Source of the DNA: Pedobacter sp.
GTDB lineage: Bacteria > Desulfobacterota > Desulfuromonadia > Desulfuromonadales > Syntrophotaleaceae
Direction of reading: 5' to 3'
Length of the DNA stretch: 64,000 bases
NCBI GenBank assembly: GCA_050253415.1
Contig: JBFWJC010000002.1
Coordinates: 672,725-736,724 of the forward strand
Positions 9,017 to 16,866 of the stretch are shown here, one piece after another. A program made the position numbers and the translations under genes. Each line of letters begins with the position of its first letter. The first letter of the stretch is position 1. The notes beneath the pieces are model-generated. The model saw only the letters and a list, made by a program, of their open reading frames with translations, was not told the DNA's origin and did not search any database.

Positions 9017-9230
9017 TCCAACCCATTAACCCTGAGCGACCCACCAACAGCATGTTCCCTCCAGCATTCAAAACAAACAGGGCTTTAATAAATACCCTCA
9101 AACATTAGTGTTTGTCAAACTTTCTAATGTGAAATATCCCCATGACCTATCGATAGAGCTACTGTCTTCAACGCCGTTCACTGAGAAACATCAGCCAATT
9201 AAATAGAACCTCGCCGATCTCGATACCTCG

Positions 9231-9258
9231 TTGCCCAAACCTTCCACGCTGCTAAACT
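9231..9258 (+). promoter_or_regulatory. Putative sigma70 promoter of the lat operon
   Basis: TTGCCC-N16-TAAACT with extended -10 TG(C), ~50 bp before the lat start. Confidence 0.45.
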
Positions 9259-9309
9259 AATAAGAAATCACACGGAGTCTGTAACGTCTTGTTGATATTG
9301 GAGGGAAAT

Positions 9310-10671
9310 GTGATCCAACCTCAAAACGTCAAGCAGGTTTTATCCCGCCATTTGCTGACCGAGGGTTTCGACATCATCCTTGATCTGGACCGTTCGCAGG
9401 GCAGTTGGTTCGTGGATGAGCGCACCGGCGAGCGTTATCTCGATTTTTTCTCCATGTACGCGTCGATGGCGGTGGGCTACAACCATCCGCGCTTGTTGCA
9501 GGTGCGTGACCAACTGGGACAACTGGCGGTTAACAAGCCTTCCAATTCCGATGTCTATACCACCGCCATGGCGGAATTCGTCGATACCTTTGAGCGTATC
9601 GCCATGCCGCCGGAGATGCCGCATGTGTTCTTTATCGAAGGCGGTGCGCTGGCGGTGGAGAACGCCCTGAAGACCGCTTTTGACTGGAAGGTGCGCAAAA
9701 ACCTGGCCGCGCAACCGGGCAACGATGCCGGCAGTCAGGTGATCCACTTCCGTCAGGCGTTTCACGGTCGCTCCGGTTATACCCTGTCGCTGACCAACAC
9801 CTTCGATCCGCGCAAGACGAGGTTTTTCCCGAAATTCGACTGGCCGCGCATTATCAATCCCAAGCTTACTTTTCCCCTCGATGCCGAGAATCTGGTGCAG
9901 GTCCGTATTCTTGAAAACGAGGCCCTCGGGTCCATCAACCAGGTCCTCGAGGAGCAGGGCGAGGATATTGCGGCGCTGATTATCGAACCGATCCAGGGGG
10001 AGGGGGGCGACAACCATTTCCGCGCGGAATTTCTGCAGGGGTTGCGGCAGCTGTGCGATCGGCATGACATCCTGCTGATCTTCGACGAGGTGCAGACCGG
10101 CGTGGGGCTGACCGGCAAGTTCTGGGCGTTTGAGCATTTCGGCGTGCAACCCGACCTGTTGGCGTTCGGCAAAAAGACCCAGGTGTGCGGTATGCTGGCG
10201 TCGCGGCGAATCGACGAGATCTGCTGCCACGTGTTTCAGGAGCGTAGCCGCATCAACTCGACTTTTGGCGGCAACCTGATCGACATGGTGCGCTGCACCC
10301 ATATCCTGCGCATCATCGAGGAAGAGCAGTTGGTGGACAATGCCCAAGTGCAGGGAGAGCTGCTGCTGTCCGGGCTGCAGAAGCTGGCCGCCGAGTTTCC
10401 GCACCTTGTCACCAACCCTCGAGGGCGGGGCTTGATGTGCGCGTTCGATGCGCCCGACAGCCATACGCGGGACCAGTTGGTGAAGGCGTTTTTCCAACGG
10501 AAGCTGCTGCTGGTCGGCTGCGGTTCGCGCAGTATCCGGTTTCGTCCGCATCTGATCGTGACGGCCGCCGAGATCGCGCAAGCCATGGATATTATCCGCG
10601 ATGTGATGCGCAAGGGGGATTACGTGCATCTGGAAATAACCAAGGATCCCTGTCTGGGGATTGGAACATGA
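9310..10671 (+). CDS. lat: L-lysine 6-transaminase (class III PLP aminotransferase)
   Basis: NKPSNSDVY, GALAVENALKTAFDWK, AFHGRSGYTLSLTNT, IFDEVQTG, FGKKTQVCG, SRINSTFGGN; GTG start after GGAGGG. Confidence 0.93.
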   Translation: MIQPQNVKQVLSRHLLTEGFDIILDLDRSQGSWFVDERTGERYLDFFSMYASMAVGYNHPRLLQVRDQLGQLAVNKPSNSDVYTTAMAEFVDTFERIAMPPEMPHVFFIEGGALAVENALKTAFDWKVRKNLAAQPGNDAGSQVIHFRQAFHGRSGYTLSLTNTFDPRKTRFFPKFDWPRIINPKLTFPLDAENLVQVRILENEALGSINQVLEEQGEDIAALIIEPIQGEGGDNHFRAEFLQGLRQLCDRHDILLIFDEVQTGVGLTGKFWAFEHFGVQPDLLAFGKKTQVCGMLASRRIDEICCHVFQERSRINSTFGGNLIDMVRCTHILRIIEEEQLVDNAQVQGELLLSGLQKLAAEFPHLVTNPRGRGLMCAFDAPDSHTRDQLVKAFFQRKLLLVGCGSRSIRFRPHLIVTAAEIAQAMDIIRDVMRKGDYVHLEITKDPCLGIGT

Positions 10672-12266
10672 TGGGCGATTACCGGACACTGCTGGCGGAG
10701 AAACTGCGCGCCCGCATCGCCGGGCGGGTGCTGGCCGATGGCGAAGGTCTGCGGCCTTACACCCGCGATCAGAGCATCTACCACATCGAACCGTTAGTGG
10801 CGGCGTTGCCCGAGCATTTGGATGACGTATTGGAATTGGTGCGTTTTGCCGCCGAAGAGGGTGTGCCGCTTACCGCCCGGGGCGGCGGGTCGGGTACGGC
10901 GGGCAGCGCGCTGGGGGAGGGGATCGTTATGGCCCTGTCGCACAATGCATTCTGGGGGCGGCTTGAAGGGTTTGACGCCGGCGGCGGGCAGGCCAGGGTC
11001 GATTGCGCGGCGGGGGTGCTGCATAACGATCTGCAGAACTATCTGAAGCAGCGGGGCTATTTCCTGCCGGCGGATGTGTCGAGTGCCGATATCAGCCGCA
11101 TCGGCGGCAATATCGCCACCAAGGCCAGCGGTCCCCATGCCCTCAAGTACGGCTCCATCGACCGCTTCCTGGAGCGGGTGGTATTCGTCAGCGACCGGGG
11201 CGAGCTGGTCGACACCGGCGATGCCTCGAGCATCCCGATGCGTATTATGCGGCAACTGGTCGATCTGCAAAGCCGCATCCGCAGCGATGCCGGGGCGGTG
11301 AAGATCCTGCGGCAGCGCCAGGGGCGCAAAATCGCGAGCGGCTATAACCTGTTCGCATTTTTGGAGCCGTTGTCGCCGGGACAGTTGATCGCTCAACTGC
11401 TGGCCGGCAGTGTGGGCAGTCTCGGTCTGCTGATCGGTGCCACCTTGCGGGGCGAGATTTATGAGCGTCAGCGAGCGGCGGTGCTGGGGTATTTTTCCAG
11501 CATGGTCGAAGCGGGGCGGGCGGTGAATGCGTTACGCAATCTGCCTGTGGCCGCCATCGAAATCATCAGCCGAAAAACCGTGGCGGTACTGCAGCAGCAT
11601 ACCGACGTGCCGGCCAACATGGCCATGAATGCCCATCTGCTGTTGGTGGAATTGAACGGCCCCGGCTGCATGGAACAGGTCGAACGGGTTAAGCATGTAT
11701 TGGAGGGCAACGGCTTTCGCATGAGCGCGCCATGCCAGGTGGCCCTTGACGAGCCCGGCATCGAACAGCTATGGGCGCTGCGCAAGCAGATCCTGTGGCT
11801 GATTCGCCATCCCGAGCCGCATCTGCGCGCCCTGTCGGTGGTTAACGATGTAGGGGTGCCGCCCGAGCATCTGGCCGAATTCATTCATGAAGTGCAGAAG
11901 GTATTTGACCGGCACCAGATGGTGGTCCTTATTTACGGGCACGCCGGCAGTGGCAACCTCCATCTGCGGCCTTTGTTCGATGTAACCTTGCCGGATCTGC
12001 CGGGGCGGATCCAAAAAGTGGCCGATGCTGTGTACGAGGTGGTGTTTCGCTATGGCGGCACTATTTCCGCAGAGCACGGCATGGGGCGTTTGCGGGCGCC
12101 TTACCTGCAGCGCGAATGGGGCCCGGCACTGTATGGTTATATGCGCGAGCTCAAGGATATCTTTGATCCGCGGGGGATGTTCAATCCCGGGGTGGTGTTC
12201 AGTGATCGTCCTATCACCGAACACCTGCGCGATGATCTGGCTGACAAGGGAGGTGCGGCATGGTAG
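10668..12266 (+). CDS. FAD-linked D-2-hydroxyacid dehydrogenase (GlcD/D-LDH/D-2-HG dehydrogenase family; no C-terminal Fe-S domain)
   Basis: RGGGSGTAG FAD loop, IGGNIATKASG, GYNL, HAGSGNLHLRP, AEHGMG, FDPRGMFNPG; ATGA overlap with lat stop. Confidence 0.88.
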   Translation: MMGDYRTLLAEKLRARIAGRVLADGEGLRPYTRDQSIYHIEPLVAALPEHLDDVLELVRFAAEEGVPLTARGGGSGTAGSALGEGIVMALSHNAFWGRLEGFDAGGGQARVDCAAGVLHNDLQNYLKQRGYFLPADVSSADISRIGGNIATKASGPHALKYGSIDRFLERVVFVSDRGELVDTGDASSIPMRIMRQLVDLQSRIRSDAGAVKILRQRQGRKIASGYNLFAFLEPLSPGQLIAQLLAGSVGSLGLLIGATLRGEIYERQRAAVLGYFSSMVEAGRAVNALRNLPVAAIEIISRKTVAVLQQHTDVPANMAMNAHLLLVELNGPGCMEQVERVKHVLEGNGFRMSAPCQVALDEPGIEQLWALRKQILWLIRHPEPHLRALSVVNDVGVPPEHLAEFIHEVQKVFDRHQMVVLIYGHAGSGNLHLRPLFDVTLPDLPGRIQKVADAVYEVVFRYGGTISAEHGMGRLRAPYLQREWGPALYGYMRELKDIFDPRGMFNPGVVFSDRPITEHLRDDLADKGGAAW

Positions 12267-13609
12267 AGGAACAGGGATTTTTCTGGCAGCGGCACGCAGC
12301 GGCGGAGCAATTGGTTCTGGATGCCCTCGACGACCTCACCCGCAAGAACACCGCCCTTGCGAAATTGCGCCAGCGCCTGGCCGAGCAGGCAAGCTGCCGT
12401 TTATTCGATTGGGTCGATCACCTGCAACTGCCCGATACGCCAGAGCTGCGGGAACGTCTGGACGCCCTGCTTTTCATCCGACAACCCTATGGGGGACATG
12501 CGGCTTATTATCATCCGGGGGCCTTGCTGCCGGCAATGGTTTTGGTTCCCAATGTCATGAACGTCCATGGTGCAGTGGCCCTGCGCGTCGATAGTATCGC
12601 GGATTTTTTGCAGGCCAATAATTTTGTCGCCGCTATCGAGGGCAGCCCTTTCAGTCCCCTGCGGCGTGCCATGTGCCATTGCGAGGCCGGGGTAGAGTTG
12701 TTGGTGGTGGAGAGGCGCGGCAACCTGGGGTTCGATCCCGCCACCCGGCCCGCACATTGGTTGCAGGACTATCTGGCGGCCCTGGAATTGTGGCAGACCC
12801 GGCCGCGACTGGGCGCCGACGAAGATCGGTTATGGTTGGAGACCTTCCGCCGCACCGAACAGTTGGTGGCGCGGTTGGGCATGGATCTGGCCGCGCATGT
12901 CGTGTGCCGGGGCGAGCGGCGTTATTGGGAGGCACGCAATGCCGCCGGTCGCTTGCAGAAAAGCCGCCAGGATGTGCTGGGTCTGGGCTGGGGCAACCAC
13001 GACCATCATACCTTTCGCAGTTCGCGACGGCACTTTGCCCGCTTGGTCAAGCTGTTCTCCCGCCTCGGGTTTGTGGCGCGGGAGCGATTCTATGCCGGTG
13101 AACAGGCTGGCTGGGGGGCACAGGTCATGGAGAATCGCATCGCCGGCTTGAGCCTGTTTCTCGATGTTGATCTGGCACCGGAGGAAGTGGAGACCGATTT
13201 TTCCCGCGAGGAGTTGCCGGAGCGGGAAACCCTCGGCACCGTGGGGTTGTGGTGCGCCTTGCACGGCGACTCGATCTTCGCCGGGGGGATGCACCATCTT
13301 GCAGCGCGCTGCGATTTCGAGCGCCTTGTCTCCGACCTGGCCCGGTTTGGTGTTAAGTTCATGGCACCTTTCAGCGATTTTCCCTGGCTCAAACAGGCTT
13401 TCAGCGTTGGCGAGCGGTGGCCGGTTGATGCGGGTCGGTTGGAGATGCTGGTTATGAAAAAGCTGCTGAGTCGTGAACAGGCGGATAAATTTCTGGCTGA
13501 GGGCGCTATCGGCAGTCATCTTGAAAATATCCAGCGCGATGAAGGCTATAAAGGCTTCAACAAAAACAACGTCAGCGCTATTATCCGCAAGACCGACCCG
13601 CGCCTGTGA
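12260..13609 (+). CDS. Two-domain VOC (HPPD/HglS-like) putative Fe(II) metalloenzyme
   Basis: NHDHHTFR ... GGMHHLAAR ... GVKFM ... LKQAFS ... HLENIQR..GYKGFNKNNVSAII parallels the HPPD DH / QHIAL / GV.F / LLQIFT / FEIIQR..GFG.GNF motifs; GGAGG RBS; overlaps upstream stop. Confidence 0.65.
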   Translation: MVEEQGFFWQRHAAAEQLVLDALDDLTRKNTALAKLRQRLAEQASCRLFDWVDHLQLPDTPELRERLDALLFIRQPYGGHAAYYHPGALLPAMVLVPNVMNVHGAVALRVDSIADFLQANNFVAAIEGSPFSPLRRAMCHCEAGVELLVVERRGNLGFDPATRPAHWLQDYLAALELWQTRPRLGADEDRLWLETFRRTEQLVARLGMDLAAHVVCRGERRYWEARNAAGRLQKSRQDVLGLGWGNHDHHTFRSSRRHFARLVKLFSRLGFVARERFYAGEQAGWGAQVMENRIAGLSLFLDVDLAPEEVETDFSREELPERETLGTVGLWCALHGDSIFAGGMHHLAARCDFERLVSDLARFGVKFMAPFSDFPWLKQAFSVGERWPVDAGRLEMLVMKKLLSREQADKFLAEGAIGSHLENIQRDEGYKGFNKNNVSAIIRKTDPRL

Positions 13610-13755
13610 CCGGGCGGGTGGGATGTTTTTCGGCAAGACCAAACCCGTGGGTTATGCTATGGTTTGGCTTGGTCAAGCCTTTGAATTTGTTGTTATTAAA
13701 ATCACAAGTGATCGTTATTGCAAAATTCTAAACCACATTCTCAAAGGCTTATTTA

Positions 13756-13843
13756 GCCGCAGATACACGCAGATGAACACCGATAAAAGCTTTCAGACCT
13801 TGCAAGCAAAAAAAGTTTGTATTTATCTGCGTCAATCTGCGGC
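13756..13843. repeat. Intergenic imperfect palindrome (CGCAGAT-type)
   Basis: GCCGCAGATACACGCAGATGAACAC ... GTATTTATCTGCGTCAATCTGCGGC. Confidence 0.75.
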
Positions 13844-13937
13844 CAAGTGAAGGTTTTTATTGCAGGATCTAAGTGCAATCCAGGTATCCTGATTAATAAC
13901 TTCTACCCCACCCCTAACCAAAGATAATCGTCCCGCC

Positions 13938-14726
13938 ATGCAAGAAATCATCAAAATCGCTGAAGATGCGGCCCGCCAAGCCGGGGCCTATATTATCGAA
14001 GCCATGTCCGGTTTGCGCCAGGTTGATTACAAGGGGCGCGTTGACATGGTGACCAACGTTGATCGCGGCTCGGAAGCCATCATCCTCGAGTGCATCCGAC
14101 GGACTTACCCTGAACATGCTATTCTGGCCGAGGAAACCGGCGACAATCAGCTGAGCAGCGATTGGCGCTGGGTGATCGATCCTATCGACGGCACCACCAA
14201 CTTCGTACACGGCTACCCGTTCTTTTGTGTGTCCATTGCTGTGCAGTTCCGGCAGCAGACGGTCGCTGCGGTGGTGTTTGATCCGATGCATGATGAAATG
14301 TTTTCCGCTTTGCTCGGCCAGGGCGCGTTTCTCAACGGCGCGCCTTTGCGGGTTTCCCAGACCACGGAACTGTCCAAATCGTTGCTGGCGACAGGTTTTC
14401 CCTACGATCTGGGTGACCGCTGGCATCGCTCCATGGATTATTTCAAACTGTTTTATTATCAGACCCACGGGGTGCGGCGCGATGGCGCGGCGGCGCTGGA
14501 TCTGTGTTACGTTGCGGCGGGCCGTTTTGATGGTTTTTGGGAATACGACCTGAAACCCTGGGATGTGGCTGCCGGTCTGTTGCTGGTGACCGAAGCCGGC
14601 GGCAAAGTCACCGATTTTAAGGGCAACCCCAGTGCTCTTGGCGATGGCCAGTTGGTGGCCAGCAACGGTGGCCTGCACGATCGCATGCTCGAAGTGCTTG
14701 GCTCTTTACCTGCTGTGCAGGTTTGA
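13938..14726 (+). CDS. suhB: Inositol monophosphatase family protein
   Basis: WVIDPIDGTTNFVHG, GAAALDLCYVAAGRFDGFWE, WDVAAG. Confidence 0.92.
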   Translation: MQEIIKIAEDAARQAGAYIIEAMSGLRQVDYKGRVDMVTNVDRGSEAIILECIRRTYPEHAILAEETGDNQLSSDWRWVIDPIDGTTNFVHGYPFFCVSIAVQFRQQTVAAVVFDPMHDEMFSALLGQGAFLNGAPLRVSQTTELSKSLLATGFPYDLGDRWHRSMDYFKLFYYQTHGVRRDGAAALDLCYVAAGRFDGFWEYDLKPWDVAAGLLLVTEAGGKVTDFKGNPSALGDGQLVASNGGLHDRMLEVLGSLPAVQV

Positions 14727-14750
14727 ATTTAGAAACTTATCGGAGGATTT

Positions 14751-15557
14751 ATGACCAGCCCGCAAATGATTTACCTGCTTTCCGATGCGACCGGCGAGAC
14801 TGCTGAGAAGATCGTGAACGCGGTTTTGACCCAGTTCCGGGATAAGCCGGTACGTATGCGGCGCATCAGCAACGTGCGTAACGAGACTACCGTGAAGCAA
14901 GGCCTCGAAGAGATCATGAAGAACCCGGGGATGGTGGTCTATACCATCGTCAACCGGGATCTTGCGCAATATATTCAGAACGAATGCGAGGAGAGGGGAC
15001 TGATGGCCTTTGACCTGGTGACGCCGCTGCTTTCCCAGTTCTCCAAATTTTTCGGGCGCTTGCCTGGGCAAACTCCGGGATTGTTACACGAGATGGATGA
15101 GGAATACTTTCGTCGCATCGAAGCTGTGGAGTTTACCGTCAAGCATGACGACGGCCAGGAAGTGCGTCACCTGACGCATGCGGATATTGTGCTGGTCGGG
15201 GTTTCCCGTACAAGCAAGACCCCCCTGTCCACTTACCTGGCCCATCTTGGCTGGAAGGTCGCCAACGTGCCGCTGGTGCTTGGGATCGATCCCCCCAAGG
15301 AACTGTTTCAGGTCGATCCCAGGCGGGTTGCGGCGCTGTATATCGATCCGCAGCGTCTGGTGGAGTTACGTTCGGCACGGCTCAAAAATCTCGGTCAGGA
15401 CCCGCGAGGAGCCTACGCCGGGATCGAAGAGATCGAGGAAGAACTGCGCTATGCCAAGGTGCTTTATCGTCGCAATGGTTGGACGACGATCAATGTTTCG
15501 GGCAAGGCGGTAGAGGAAACGGCCCATGAGGTGCTGGTCAAATTGAAAATGAAATGA
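14751..15557 (+). CDS. ppsR: PEP synthase/PPDK regulatory protein (kinase/pyrophosphorylase, DUF299)
   Basis: [47 protein letters not shown]. Confidence 0.92.
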   Translation: MTSPQMIYLLSDATGETAEKIVNAVLTQFRDKPVRMRRISNVRNETTVKQGLEEIMKNPGMVVYTIVNRDLAQYIQNECEERGLMAFDLVTPLLSQFSKFFGRLPGQTPGLLHEMDEEYFRRIEAVEFTVKHDDGQEVRHLTHADIVLVGVSRTSKTPLSTYLAHLGWKVANVPLVLGIDPPKELFQVDPRRVAALYIDPQRLVELRSARLKNLGQDPRGAYAGIEEIEEELRYAKVLYRRNGWTTINVSGKAVEETAHEVLVKLKMK

Positions 15558-15586
15558 GGTGGTTTGTCCGCGACAAACCACCTCAT
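15554..15586. terminator. Perfect 15-bp hairpin between convergent genes
   Basis: ATGAGGTGGTTTGTC-CGC-GACAAACCACCTCAT; no U tract. Confidence 0.6.
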
Positions 15587-15597
15587 CGTCATGCCTC

Positions 15598-16665
15598 TCA
15601 GTGAGTTTTGGATAGCTGGTCCTCGGCTGTTATGAGCGCGTCGGCCTCTTTTTTTAACCGGTCGGCCAAGGTTCCAACCGCCAGGGCGAAAGATGTCGAT
15701 CGGTTCCAGCGCATCAACGTGCGGAAGTTGCCGGTAACCAGAAACGCCTGTCCATCGGGACCGTCGGGCAGGATCAGCGAGGCGTTCAGGTCATCCGCTC
15801 CGCCGGATACCGGTATTCCCAACTCGCGCCAGTCCCGCAAGGTTTTTTTGATTTTTGAATCGGCCAGGGACCGGTCGAAGCCTTCGGGGAGCACGACCAG
15901 CCAGCCCCATTTCTGATCTTTTGTCCATCCTGCACGGGCCAGGTAGCTGGCGGCCGAGGCCACCGCGTCTTCCACATCCGTCCAGATATTGCGATGTCCG
16001 TCACCGTTGAAATCGACGGCATAGTCACGGTAGGTGGTCGGGATGAACTGAAAGTGACCCATGGCTCCGGCCCAGGACCCGCGCAGATCTTCACTGCGCA
16101 TCTGTTCCTGGTCCAGGATCGTCAGGGCGGCCAGCAACTGTTTGCGGAAAAATGCCTGACGCTCCCCCTGATAGGCCTGGGTAGCCAGCGCGCCGATGAC
16201 CGCATGGCGGCGGCCGCCTTTGCCGAAATCGCTCTCGATGGCCCACAGGGCGACCAGGTATTCAGGCTGTACGCCATAGGTTTCCGATACCTTTTGCAGC
16301 AGTACCCGGTGTTGGGCTATCTGCCGTAAACCTTCATGAAGACGCTGGTCCGAGGCGAGTCGTCGCACATATTCGAGCTTGGTCAGGGAGAATTCGGCTT
16401 GCTTTTGGCGGGGCGTAACGACGGCCGGTATCGGCTGCAGTCCATCAAGGGCTTCTTGTAAAACCTCCGGGCGTATCCCCTGTGCCAGGGCTTCCTGTCG
16501 CAGTTCCTCCAGCCAAATTTCAAAATTCTGTTGTTCTGTGTTTTGCACTTTTTCAACGATGGGCGGTAACACCTGCTCCACTTTGCGGGGAGTTGGAGCA
16601 CACGCCGTTATCAGGAGTAAAAGTGCGCTGGCCGTTAGTGCTGCGGAATAATGTAACTTGATCAT
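15598..16665 (-). CDS. Lytic murein transglycosylase (MltB/SLT_2 family) lipoprotein
   Basis: Lipobox ITA-C; ALWAIESDFG catalytic Glu; GSWAGAMGHFQFIP; DFNGDG EF-hand; WNRSTSFALAV. Confidence 0.9.
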   Translation of the reverse strand: MIKLHYSAALTASALLLLITACAPTPRKVEQVLPPIVEKVQNTEQQNFEIWLEELRQEALAQGIRPEVLQEALDGLQPIPAVVTPRQKQAEFSLTKLEYVRRLASDQRLHEGLRQIAQHRVLLQKVSETYGVQPEYLVALWAIESDFGKGGRRHAVIGALATQAYQGERQAFFRKQLLAALTILDQEQMRSEDLRGSWAGAMGHFQFIPTTYRDYAVDFNGDGHRNIWTDVEDAVASAASYLARAGWTKDQKWGWLVVLPEGFDRSLADSKIKKTLRDWRELGIPVSGGADDLNASLILPDGPDGQAFLVTGNFRTLMRWNRSTSFALAVGTLADRLKKEADALITAEDQLSKTH

Positions 16666-16866
16666 GGCATCCTCTTAGACACACCTTGTCGAATGTAAGT
16701 CTCCTGCGCGGACTTTAAAATATTTCCCCTTTGGGTTCTACATAAATCGTCGGCAGGGGGTGGCAGCGCCTCCTTACGCGCGGATATCTGGTAAAATTTC
16801 ATAAAACACCGATCATGGTGGGGCGTCTTGAACTTTTAACCGTACGGCTGTAACGGGGAGGCACCG

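Noticed and set aside
10437..10667. 77-aa N-terminal extension of the FAD oxidoreductase in the ORF track
   Set aside because: Overlaps the lat coding region; the ATGA-coupled start at 10668 is more plausible. The same reasoning trims arsR, thiolase, DUF35, dapA, recX, pgpA and larE.
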